Shown in pieces: positions 46,497-55,149 of a stretch of 64,000 bases of DNA. The DNA is from a virus, in the IMG/VR virus record IMGVR_UViG_3300002835_006866, positions 1 to 64,000 of that record; one strand, written 5' to 3'. The position numbers were made by a program, and so were the translations under genes. Each line of letters opens with the position of its first letter. Positions within the stretch are counted from its first letter, which is position 1. The notes beneath the pieces are model-generated. The model did not search any database and was not told the origin of the DNA. It saw nothing but the letters and a program-made list of their open reading frames with translations.

Positions 46497-46972
46497 GTTT
46501 ACACAGAAGCGATATCACAATTGAAGAAGGTTTAAAAGTATTTGACGAACCTGCTAAAAGACTTGCTAAGTTGGTGATTCCAAAAATCATTGACTCGATA
46601 GTTGAAGTTCAAGAGCACCCAAACAAATACAGTATAGATTTGATTGGATATCAAAGTGAAGATTCTCCTGTGGCCTACATTGAGGTTGAAACTTCCCACT
46701 CTTGGAAAACTGTAAATTTCCCTTGGAAAAGACTATCGTATCTTGAAGAGAGAAAGGGTCGATACCTCTACAAAGAAGAGTATCTTAATTTGAATATGTA
46801 CTTTGTAATGTTCAATAAAGATTTTACAAGTTTTGCCATCACAGACAGAAATTCTATATTAAAATCTCCTGTGGAATCACATGTCAGAACTTGGAGAGGA
46901 AAAGAGCCAGAGAAGTTTAGAATGATTGACCGAAAAGACTTCGATGTTTATATCGTGAAAGATTTGTTGTGA
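46493..46972 (+). CDS. Putative PD-(D/E)XK-fold endonuclease
   Basis: YSIDLI...AYIEVE....W resembles a D...ExE nuclease core; inserted between gp44 and gp62. Confidence 0.45.
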   Translation: MSLHRSDITIEEGLKVFDEPAKRLAKLVIPKIIDSIVEVQEHPNKYSIDLIGYQSEDSPVAYIEVETSHSWKTVNFPWKRLSYLEERKGRYLYKEEYLNLNMYFVMFNKDFTSFAITDRNSILKSPVESHVRTWRGKEPEKFRMIDRKDFDVYIVKDLL

Positions 46973-47256
46973 AGGGAGAAACCAATGCTATTTTCCAATG
47001 GATACGTGATGACTTTGATTCCCATCCTGCCCGTTTTGTCATTGAGCTTTTGGCTTGGGGCATTAGCATTGGGTGTAGCCTTACTATGGCGATCACAGTC
47101 CCTAATCCTCCACTCCTCACTCTTTACCCTGCTTGGATTACTGGCTGCATCATGTATTCTTGGGCTGCTTATTCTAGGAAATCGTTTGGCATGCTGGCTA
47201 ACTATTTGCTCATAACTGCAATAGATACATTTGGACTGATTAGGATGTTGACATGA
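46969..47256 (+). CDS. Small integral membrane protein (about 3 TM helices)
   Basis: Three hydrophobic segments; GTG start overlapping the upstream stop. Confidence 0.6.
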   Translation: MKGETNAIFQWIRDDFDSHPARFVIELLAWGISIGCSLTMAITVPNPPLLTLYPAWITGCIMYSWAAYSRKSFGMLANYLLITAIDTFGLIRMLT

Positions 47257-47636
47257 ACCCTTTTGATTATGTAAATGCTATATTAAAGAGTAAAGAAAAA
47301 CTAATTGTTGATGATATAACTGAGAAAGGATACGAACCATTTCTAGTAAACCGATCTTTGTCTTATCATAAAGACTGTGTGTTCTATGCAAATGAGATGA
47401 ATCGGAGGCACCATTTAGATAAAAAATTACAAAATGATTTCCTTCTAAATACCATCAGGTCCCAGAAAAGGACTTTTGCTAAGTGGGTTAAGCGTGAAAA
47501 AAGTGAAGATATAGAATGTGTTAAATTAGTCTATGGTTTCTCTGACTCAAAATCCCGTGAGGCATTACGCCTACTTAGCAATGAACAAATCCAACAACTA
47601 AAAGAACAAACCGAGATCGGTGGATTAAGGAAATGA
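47253..47636 (+). CDS. gp62: Clamp loader small subunit gp62
   Basis: PFDY.N.I, Y.PF.VNR.LS...D....ANEMN, KR.F.KW.K. Confidence 0.9.
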   Translation: MNPFDYVNAILKSKEKLIVDDITEKGYEPFLVNRSLSYHKDCVFYANEMNRRHHLDKKLQNDFLLNTIRSQKRTFAKWVKREKSEDIECVKLVYGFSDSKSREALRLLSNEQIQQLKEQTEIGGLRK

Positions 47637-47637
47637 T

Positions 47638-48042
47638 ATGGTTGATTTATCCAAGTTTGTTGAGGTGAAACTCAACGAACAGGACGATTTTCTAAAGGTA
47701 AGAGAAACTTTGACTAGGATTGGAGTATCATCCAGAAAAGAAAAAGTCCTGTATCAGTCTTGCCACATTTTACATAAACAAGGCAAGTATTACATTGTAC
47801 ATTTTAAAGAGTTATTTGCATTAGATGGTAAACCCTCAAATCTCTCTGAAAATGATATACAAAGAAGAAATGCAATTGCTAATTTGCTAGAAGAGTGGGG
47901 TTTAGTTAAAATTATGAACCGATCTATTTTAGAAAATAATATAGCACCACTGCATCAAATTAAAATTATCTCTTTTAAAGAGAAAGATCAGTGGGAACTG
48001 ATAACAAAATATAATATAGGCAAAAAATCACAAGATTACTAA
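47638..48042 (+). CDS. regA: Translational repressor RegA
   Basis: DDFLKVRETLTRIG, LYQSCHILHKQGKYYIVHFKELF.LDG. Confidence 0.96.
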   Translation: MVDLSKFVEVKLNEQDDFLKVRETLTRIGVSSRKEKVLYQSCHILHKQGKYYIVHFKELFALDGKPSNLSENDIQRRNAIANLLEEWGLVKIMNRSILENNIAPLHQIKIISFKEKDQWELITKYNIGKKSQDY

Positions 48043-48056
48043 TATGGTGATTAATT

Positions 48057-48239
48057 ATGACAAAAGTGAAAAACAAATCTATCAAGTTAGTGAATAAATA
48101 TACTAAAGAAGAAGTGTACACAAGAGACTATGATAATGTGGTTAAAGACGGCAACAACGAGTTTATTCGTGTTTTCGAATCACATAATCCTAACCGAACT
48201 TTTCTTGTCAACCGACAGGCTTTTGTGGTTGTCAAGTAA
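48057..48239 (+). CDS. Small hypothetical protein
   Basis: 60-aa ORF with GGTG SD, fills the regA-hsp20 gap. Confidence 0.6.
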   Translation: MTKVKNKSIKLVNKYTKEEVYTRDYDNVVKDGNNEFIRVFESHNPNRTFLVNRQAFVVVK

Positions 48240-48241
48240 GT

Positions 48242-48292
48242 AGTGGCGCCTAATGGGCCACTTTATTAACTTGCTTAAAAAAAGGAGAAAAT
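48242..48292 (+). promoter_or_regulatory. ROSE-like RNA thermometer leader of hsp20
   Basis: Upstream hairpin AGTGGC..GCCACT; CTTGCTT pairs with SD AAGGAG leaving a bulged G. Confidence 0.55.
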
Positions 48293-48772
48293 ATGACTAT
48301 TACTGGTCGATTTGGTCCAATGGTTCTTAATCAGACATTGGGTTTTGAAAATTTTATTCGTGACGTTGAAGCAATTCTAAATGATTCTAGACCAACAAAC
48401 AATTTTCCACCACATAACATCATCAAAGCAGATGAAAACAAATATGTGGTAGAACTTGCTGTTGCTGGTTTTAGTAAAGACGAAATTGATATCGAAGTGC
48501 AGGATAATACTTTGACTATCAAAGGTGATAAGAAAGTCGGTACACCCGATGTTCAATACCTACACCGTGGAATTGGCACACGATCTTTTACTAAAGCAAT
48601 CACAATCGCTGACACCATTGAAGTAAAAGGTGCAGAGTTCAAAGATGGTATTCTACGCATTGGACTTGAGAACATCATTCCAGAGCATAAGAAACCACGT
48701 AAGATTGAAATTGGCAATGAACTAAAGACGTTTGAACCTCAACTTCTACAAGAAGAAAAACAAACGGCTTAA
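48293..48772 (+). CDS. Small heat shock protein Hsp20 (IbpA-like)
   Basis: FPPHNI, ELAVAGF, YLHRGI..RSF, A...DGIL.I.L...IPE..KPRKI.I. Confidence 0.94.
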   Translation: MTITGRFGPMVLNQTLGFENFIRDVEAILNDSRPTNNFPPHNIIKADENKYVVELAVAGFSKDEIDIEVQDNTLTIKGDKKVGTPDVQYLHRGIGTRSFTKAITIADTIEVKGAEFKDGILRIGLENIIPEHKKPRKIEIGNELKTFEPQLLQEEKQTA

Positions 48773-48777
48773 TTTCT

Positions 48778-48793
48778 TGGGGCTTCGGCCTCA
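48778..48793 (+). other. cUUCGg hairpin after hsp20 (stability/processing element; no U tract)
   Basis: TGGGGC-TTCG-GCCTCA. Confidence 0.5.
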
Positions 48794-48801
48794 TCTATAT
48801 T

Positions 48802-49635
48802 ATGAACACACCAATAACAATGCTGGTTCATACTCATAAAGAGTACGCTTTCAATTTTGATTCGAAGTGGGTTAAGTATTTCTACGCCGCATCTTCCGAT
48901 CCAAATGAATGGCATCCTTCTGTTGGTAATTTTACCAATGTGTACGAAGGAGAAAACACCATTAAGAAATTTTACAAGTATTATTCACACATAAGTGAAT
49001 TAGAATTTCTTAAAGCTATGGGTCAACAATCAACAGAATATTATGCTGCTAATCACATAGATTCTGATTACATTGGATGTGGTTCATATAGAAGATATTT
49101 GGCAGTTGAGAATGGTGTTGGTTATACAGGAGAAAAATTAGAAGTTCCTGCTAATGAAGATTCATGCAGGTTTTTAACTTCTGATTCTCAGATGAATCGT
49201 GCTCTAGATTATCTACAATCTGCTGATGTAGTTTGTAGTAGATTTAGAATGATGCACAATTCAATTGAAAGACAATATTTGGAATCACAACTTCCAGAAT
49301 ATTGGTTTCTTTTCAAACAAGGTATAGAAACTCTTTTTCCTGAATACAAACGACATATGATTTGGTTCACAGATTATAGTATCTGTAACTATGAATGTGT
49401 TTATGTAATGCCAAAATCATGGTTCAAGAAAATGTTTGGTGAATATTTTGCCATCATGGAATATATTTGGCAAAATTGCGAAGAAGTATATCCGGATAAA
49501 AACAAGAGGAGTTGGCACTGCTCTGAACCTTTTCCATGGAGATATCCTGGATTTCTAAATGAAAGGTTCGTTCCGTTCTTTATGTACGCTAATGGGCTAA
49601 GGAAAATCGAAGTTCCTTTAGCGTTTTTATCATGA
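48802..49635 (+). CDS. DUF4422-like glycosyltransferase-related protein
   Basis: V.THK, DYIG..SYRRY, F..Y...F.I, R.PGFL.ER. Confidence 0.6.
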   Translation: MNTPITMLVHTHKEYAFNFDSKWVKYFYAASSDPNEWHPSVGNFTNVYEGENTIKKFYKYYSHISELEFLKAMGQQSTEYYAANHIDSDYIGCGSYRRYLAVENGVGYTGEKLEVPANEDSCRFLTSDSQMNRALDYLQSADVVCSRFRMMHNSIERQYLESQLPEYWFLFKQGIETLFPEYKRHMIWFTDYSICNYECVYVMPKSWFKKMFGEYFAIMEYIWQNCEEVYPDKNKRSWHCSEPFPWRYPGFLNERFVPFFMYANGLRKIEVPLAFLS

Positions 49636-50048
49636 AAGAAAAATATCTTGAATCTTATATGGGTGTGGCTGAAATCTTTGCTAGACAGTCATCGGCAAAG
49701 AGATTGCAAGTTGGTGCCATTGTAGTCAAAGATGATCGTATCATTAGTATAGGTTACAATGGAATGCCATCAGGTTGGGATAATGTGTGTGAAAATATTA
49801 ATGAAGATGGTACGTTAAAAACAAAACCAGAGGTGCTTCATGCTGAAATGAATGCTATAGCCAAATTAGCAAGAAGTAACGAATCTGGTTTAAACTCCAC
49901 TATGTTCATCACACATGCACCATGCATTGAGTGTGCTAAATTGATATATCAATCTGGCATTAAAAAAGTTTTTTATAAAAATGAATACAGATCACAAGAT
50001 GGTATAGATTTTCTTAAAAAATGTAATATCGATATTAATAAACTATAA
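49632..50048 (+). CDS. cd: dCMP deaminase
   Basis: VGA.VVK, GYNG, HAEMNAI, PCIECAK. Confidence 0.93.
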   Translation: MKEKYLESYMGVAEIFARQSSAKRLQVGAIVVKDDRIISIGYNGMPSGWDNVCENINEDGTLKTKPEVLHAEMNAIAKLARSNESGLNSTMFITHAPCIECAKLIYQSGIKKVFYKNEYRSQDGIDFLKKCNIDINKL

Positions 50049-50057
50049 GGAGAAGTT

Positions 50058-50498
50058 ATGTCGCAGGTAAAAGGTACTAAAACTGAATTGAATTTGAAAG
50101 AAGCATTTGCTGGTGAATCGCAGGCGAATCGTCGTTATTTGTATTTCGCTAACATGTGTGATATTGCTGGCGCTCAAGAAGTAGCAGCTGTTTTCCGCCA
50201 TACTGCTGAGGGAGAAACAGGTCATGCTCACGGTCATATGGAATACTTGATCGAAGGCGGTGCTGGTGATCCTGCAACAGGAATGCCTGCAAAGAGCATT
50301 GTTCAGGCTCTCGAATCATCCATCGAAGGTGAAACTCATGAATATACCGACATGTATCCAGGTATGGCTAAAACTGCTCGTGAAGAAGGCTTCGAAGAAA
50401 TTGCCGATTGGTTTGAAACTCTAGCAAAAGCAGAACGCAGCCATGCAGGTAAGTTTAAGAAAACTCTTGAGGCATACAAACAAGAAATTGGTGCTTAA
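50058..50498 (+). CDS. rbr: Rubrerythrin (short form without rubredoxin domain)
   Basis: [35 protein letters not shown] di-iron motifs. Confidence 0.93.
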   Translation: MSQVKGTKTELNLKEAFAGESQANRRYLYFANMCDIAGAQEVAAVFRHTAEGETGHAHGHMEYLIEGGAGDPATGMPAKSIVQALESSIEGETHEYTDMYPGMAKTAREEGFEEIADWFETLAKAERSHAGKFKKTLEAYKQEIGA

Positions 50499-50530
50499 TT
50501 GCCACTTTTTTGAATTGTATATTGTATAAT
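50499..50530 (+). promoter_or_regulatory. TTGCCWC-class promoter upstream of the operon leading to gp43
   Basis: TTGCCA-N20-TATAAT, fully intergenic. Confidence 0.55.
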
Positions 50531-50555
50531 ATTATTTTTATTGTTAAGGAAAAAT

Positions 50556-50780
50556 ATGAACATTCGTGAACTAGCAAAAAAACTTGCTATCGATAACAAA
50601 ATGATTCATGCTGAAAAGTATGATTTATATTATCGTGATTATGATAACATGGTAGAAGTTTTGGGTTGGGTTCAAGACCCTTTGATTAATGCTTCTGATT
50701 TCAATGGAAGAGAAATGCTCATTCCAAATCGGTGGGTTACATTGGGAGTTCTAGATGCTAATATGGGAGTCAATGTATGA
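50556..50780 (+). CDS. Hypothetical protein
   Basis: Start at ATG 50556 after AAGGA. Confidence 0.6.
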   Translation: MNIRELAKKLAIDNKMIHAEKYDLYYRDYDNMVEVLGWVQDPLINASDFNGREMLIPNRWVTLGVLDANMGVNV

Positions 50781-51076
50781 CCGTTAAATTAATTACACTT
50801 AAAACTAACCACACTCTCATCGGAGAAATTGTTGATGAAGGTAATGTTGGTGTAAAAATAAAACAACCAGTTCAAGTTGTTGTTCAGCCAACAAAAGATG
50901 GCCCAATGATGGGTTTTGTTCCGTTTGTTGACTTTAGTGAGGACTTTAAAACTGGATTTGTAATTAATAATAACGACATTTTATTTACAAGTTCGCCTGT
51001 AAGAGAACTCGAAAATCAGTATAATAAGATGTTCGGTTCTGGTATCGAAATCGCTTCTTCAATTCCTAAATTATAA
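50777..51076 (+). CDS. Conserved T4-like hypothetical protein (Sm-like fold)
   Basis: VKLI.LK....LIG, P, PF, L.NQY..MFGSGI; usual neighbour of gp43. Confidence 0.65.
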   Translation: MTVKLITLKTNHTLIGEIVDEGNVGVKIKQPVQVVVQPTKDGPMMGFVPFVDFSEDFKTGFVINNNDILFTSSPVRELENQYNKMFGSGIEIASSIPKL

Positions 51077-51079
51077 TGA

Positions 51080-53632
51080 ATGACAAATAATTATTATACA
51101 AATGTTTCATGCCTCGGAAGTAATATTCTCTTCCGAGGTGTTAAAGACGGCCGGCGTGTTAAGTATAAAGTTGCTTACACGCCGACTTTGTTTTTGAAAT
51201 CAAATAAACCTAGCAAGTATAAATCTCTTGATGGTTTGAGTTTAGAGACAATAAAGTTTCAGACCATTCGTGAATCGAGAGACTTTGTTCGTCAGTATAA
51301 TGACGTTGAAGGATTTAAAATCTTTGGTAATGACCGTTATGAATACGCTTTCATTGCTGATACATTCAAAGGTGACATTAATTGGAACTTTGATGATCTT
51401 TCTATTGCTATAATCGATATTGAAGTTGGATCAGAAAATGGTTTTCCTGACCCATACAAAGTCACAGAGCCTATCACTGCCATTGGAATAAAATATATTA
51501 ATGGAAAAATGATTGTCTATGGTTGTGGTGACTATGACAATCAACGTGATGATGTTACCTACATCAAGTGTAAGAGTGAAATCGACCTGTGTAAAAAATT
51601 CATCGATGATTGGCAACAAAACTGTCCTGATGCAATCAGTGGATGGAATATTCGTTTCTTTGATATTCCATATCTGGTCAATCGAATCAATAACCTTTTG
51701 GGTGAAGAAGAAGTAAAGAAACTTTCACCATGGGGTATCATAAACACAAAAAAGATTACAAAGATTAATCGTGACCTTGATGTTTATGATTTACTTGGTG
51801 TTCCAACACTAGATTATATCGAACTGTATAGATGGTACGCTCCGGCTGGTAAGTCACAAGAATCTTATCGGCTAGATCACATCGCCAGCGTTGAACTGAA
51901 TGAGAACAAACTTTCATATGACGAATATGAAAACTTACATTCATTATATCGTTTAAACTTTCAAAAGTTTATTGATTATAACATTAAAGACGTTGAGCTT
52001 GTACTGAAGTTGGAAGAAAAACTTAAATTGATTGAATTGGGTTTGACTTTGGCTTACGATACAAAAACAAACTATGAGGACATTTTCGCACAAACGAGAA
52101 TGTGGGATTCTTTGATCTATAATTATCTTTTAGACAAAGATATCATTGTTCCACCAAAAACGGTAAAAAATAAGAGTTCGGCTTTTGAGGGTGCTTATGT
52201 GAAAGAACCCCAAGTCGGTGTTCATGAATATGTTGCTTCATTTGACTTGAACTCTCTCTATCCACACTTGATGATGATGTACAACATTTCACCAGAAACT
52301 CTTATTGATACAGAGGATTACACGGATGAAATGCGTGATATTCTTTCAGCAGGCGTAAATGTCGAGAAACTATTAATGAGACAGGTTGACACTTCAAAAC
52401 TCATTGATGCTACAATTACACCAAACGGTCAACTTTTTAGAACTGACTTTCAAGGTTTTCTTCCTAAGATGTTGGAAGAAATGTATGAAGGTCGTAAAAA
52501 ATTTAAGAAGATGATGTTGCAGGCGAAACAAGAATATGAAAAAGAAAATGACGATGAAAAGAAATATGAAATCGAAAAAAGAATTGCACGATATGATAAT
52601 CTTCAACTAGCGAAGAAAGTCTCCCTCAATTCTGCTTACGGTGCTCTTGGTAGTCAATACTTCCGTTTTTATGATTTGAGAATGGCACTTGGCGTTACTA
52701 CAGCGGGCCAATTATCCATTCGTTGGATTGAAAATAAACTAAATGAATATTTAAATAAGTTATTAAGTACAAATAATGAAGATTACGTTATCGCCTCAGA
52801 CACAGATTCGATTTATCTTAATCTTGGTCCGCTTGTTAAAAAGGTGTATGTTGCGGGAGAAAAAGTTCCTTCATCTAGAATCAAGATCATCGAGTTCATG
52901 GATAAAGTCTGCGAGCAGAAGATACAACCGTTCATTGATGAAAGTTACAAGGATCTTGCTACGTATGTTCGTGCATACGCCCAAAAAATGCAAATGAAAC
53001 GTGAAGCATTATCTGATCGTGGCATTTGGACTGCAAAGAAAAGATATATTCTAAACGTACACAACAATGAAGGTGTTCAATATAAAGAACCTCAAATGAA
53101 AGTTATGGGTATGGAGATGGTTAAATCTTCAACGCCTGCTGCTATTCGGGAAAAAATGAAACAGGCTATTCACATTATGTTGAATGGTAAAGAAGGTGAT
53201 ATTCATGACTTCATTGAAGAATTTAGAGAGAAGTTTAAACAATTGCCTCCTGAAGAAGTATCTTTTCCCAGAGGATTGAATGGTTTGAAAGATTATTCTG
53301 ATACCGCTACTCTATATAAAAAAGGGACACCGATTCATGTCAAGGGTGCTTTACTATACAACAATCGGTTGGAATCTTTGAAGTTAGATAAAAAATATCC
53401 AAGGATTCAAGAAGGTGAGAAAATTAAATTTACTTACCTAAAACAACCGAATCCTTTAAAAGATATGGTCATTTCTTATCCAACGAGATTGCCACCAGAG
53501 TTTGGTCTCCATGATTTTGTTGATTATGATACGCAGTTTGAAAAGTCATTTTTGGAACCAATTAAAGTGATTCTCGACTGTATGGGATGGACAACAGAAA
53601 AAACCAATTCATTAGACAGCTTTTTCTCATGA
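51080..53632 (+). CDS. gp43: Family B DNA polymerase gp43
   Basis: DIE exonuclease motif, SFDLNSLYP, K..LNS.YG, DTDS, KKRY; C-terminal SLDSFF clamp-binding tail. Confidence 0.98.
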   Translation: MTNNYYTNVSCLGSNILFRGVKDGRRVKYKVAYTPTLFLKSNKPSKYKSLDGLSLETIKFQTIRESRDFVRQYNDVEGFKIFGNDRYEYAFIADTFKGDINWNFDDLSIAIIDIEVGSENGFPDPYKVTEPITAIGIKYINGKMIVYGCGDYDNQRDDVTYIKCKSEIDLCKKFIDDWQQNCPDAISGWNIRFFDIPYLVNRINNLLGEEEVKKLSPWGIINTKKITKINRDLDVYDLLGVPTLDYIELYRWYAPAGKSQESYRLDHIASVELNENKLSYDEYENLHSLYRLNFQKFIDYNIKDVELVLKLEEKLKLIELGLTLAYDTKTNYEDIFAQTRMWDSLIYNYLLDKDIIVPPKTVKNKSSAFEGAYVKEPQVGVHEYVASFDLNSLYPHLMMMYNISPETLIDTEDYTDEMRDILSAGVNVEKLLMRQVDTSKLIDATITPNGQLFRTDFQGFLPKMLEEMYEGRKKFKKMMLQAKQEYEKENDDEKKYEIEKRIARYDNLQLAKKVSLNSAYGALGSQYFRFYDLRMALGVTTAGQLSIRWIENKLNEYLNKLLSTNNEDYVIASDTDSIYLNLGPLVKKVYVAGEKVPSSRIKIIEFMDKVCEQKIQPFIDESYKDLATYVRAYAQKMQMKREALSDRGIWTAKKRYILNVHNNEGVQYKEPQMKVMGMEMVKSSTPAAIREKMKQAIHIMLNGKEGDIHDFIEEFREKFKQLPPEEVSFPRGLNGLKDYSDTATLYKKGTPIHVKGALLYNNRLESLKLDKKYPRIQEGEKIKFTYLKQPNPLKDMVISYPTRLPPEFGLHDFVDYDTQFEKSFLEPIKVILDCMGWTTEKTNSLDSFFS

Positions 53633-54537
53633 CACAATTTATATTACCTTTTTTGACCGCCATTGCTCTTTCGGGCGTGGCGGCTTATTATTCGGTAATA
53701 GGACTTGCACAGATATTTCCTGGATCTTATTGGCCGGTTATAATCATGGGCACAGTTTTAGAAATAGCAAAATTGGTGACAGTATCATGGTTACATAATC
53801 ATTGGAAAGAAACATTCTCTGCACTCAAGTTTTATTTTTTGATTGCAGTGATATTGCTTATGGCAATTACTTCAATGGGTATTTTTGGTTACCTATCAAA
53901 GGCCCATATTGAACACTCATCAAACATATCACCTTTAGCCGCAAAGGTAGAAATTTATGACAAAAAGATTGAAGCACTCCAAGCGACCATTGAGAGGAAT
54001 GACAAGAACCTTAGTCAGTATGATGCATCTGTCGATGAAATTATGGGCAGGTCGAAAGACGAAAGGGGCGCCGAGAGGGCATCACAGATACGCAAGGCCC
54101 AACAGAAAGACCGTGAGAGAATCGCTTCTGAAAATGCAAGGCTTCAAAAAGAAATACAAAACCTCACGGAAGAAAAACTCCCTTTATCCTTGGAAGTTAA
54201 GAAGGCTGAATCAGATTTGGGACCTATCAAATACGTGGCAGAAGTAGTATATGGTACACAAGACCGTGATTTGATTGATAAAGCAGTTCGACTGGTAATT
54301 TTTATTATTATTATCGTGTTTGATCCACTTGCTGTTTTGCTGTTAGTAGCATCAAATCAAACTTATAGAAAATATGCAGCTGATAAAGTGGACATTTTAC
54401 CAGAAATTAAGGCAAGAAAGAGGAAAAAGATTGACAAACAGCCCGCTAATAGTTTAGACTCTTTTTTTGTTGATACAGAACACGAAGTAATACACAAATC
54501 AAAAATTGCCAATTTTGAGGATGATTCAAAACCATGA
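53629..54537 (+). CDS. Four-TM membrane protein with coiled coil
   Basis: Three N-terminal TM helices, long coiled coil, fourth TM (FIIIIVFDPLAVLLL), basic tail; start set at ATG 53629. Confidence 0.75.
   Translation: MTQFILPFLTAIALSGVAAYYSVIGLAQIFPGSYWPVIIMGTVLEIAKLVTVSWLHNHWKETFSALKFYFLIAVILLMAITSMGIFGYLSKAHIEHSSNISPLAAKVEIYDKKIEALQATIERNDKNLSQYDASVDEIMGRSKDERGAERASQIRKAQQKDRERIASENARLQKEIQNLTEEKLPLSLEVKKAESDLGPIKYVAEVVYGTQDRDLIDKAVRLVIFIIIIVFDPLAVLLLVASNQTYRKYAADKVDILPEIKARKRKKIDKQPANSLDSFFVDTEHEVIHKSKIANFEDDSKP
54431..54460 (+). promoter_or_regulatory. Possible sigma70 promoter for the oxygenase-uvsX-gp41 operon
   Basis: TTGACA-N18-TAGACT inside the 3' end of the membrane protein gene. 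Confidence 0.4.
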
Positions 54538-55148
54538 GGGAAGTAATTGAACTTTTTCCTGTTCCTCTGTATAGAAATAATATTTTCGTTGATGAGGACA
54601 CAAGACGCTTTGTAATGAACTGTAAATACGTAAGAAACGATAATGGTTTGTTCACTGATGCCAAACTTCTCGATCTTCCAGAACTTTCTGATCTCAAACA
54701 CCTGATTCTCAGAGAAGTTGAATATTATGTATATGATTATTTGAAAGTTGTAAAAAATGTTGAGGTATACATTACATCATCATGGGCAGTAAAACACCAG
54801 AGAGGTGATTGGGCACAACCACATCACCATAGTAATAGTATTTTCAGTGGTGTTTTATATGTTAATGTCGATGAAAAAAGTGGTAACATAAAGTTTGTTC
54901 GTGATTCTAGGGCATATAATGTTTGGCCAATTTCTGTTTGTCCTGATGTTGAGGAAGAAAACAGAATTAGTTCTGTTGATTGGGTTGTAACGCCAAAAAT
55001 AAATGACATACTAATTTTTCCATCTCATCTAACACACGAAGTTTCGAGAAATATTTCAGGTATCGAAAGATGTGTTATCGCCTTTAATATTTTCTTTAAA
55101 GGAACTCTTGGTGATACGGAAACTTTACTGATTCTAAACGGAGAATAA
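54534..55148 (+). CDS. Putative 2OG-Fe(II) oxygenase (TIGR02466-like)
   Basis: LFP.P.Y, SW, H.H.NS.FSGV.Y, IFPS.L.H.V, R..IAFN. Confidence 0.82.
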   Translation: MREVIELFPVPLYRNNIFVDEDTRRFVMNCKYVRNDNGLFTDAKLLDLPELSDLKHLILREVEYYVYDYLKVVKNVEVYITSSWAVKHQRGDWAQPHHHSNSIFSGVLYVNVDEKSGNIKFVRDSRAYNVWPISVCPDVEEENRISSVDWVVTPKINDILIFPSHLTHEVSRNISGIERCVIAFNIFFKGTLGDTETLLILNGE

Positions 55149-55149
55149 A

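Noticed and set aside
48185-48236. Two minus-strand TTGACA hexamers upstream of hsp20
   Set aside because: No acceptable -10 at 16-18 nt spacing
51050-51077. MotA-box-like ATCGCTTC 14 nt before TATAAT at gp43
   Set aside because: Single imperfect instance, the -10 is only 2 nt from the ATG, and no motA is seen
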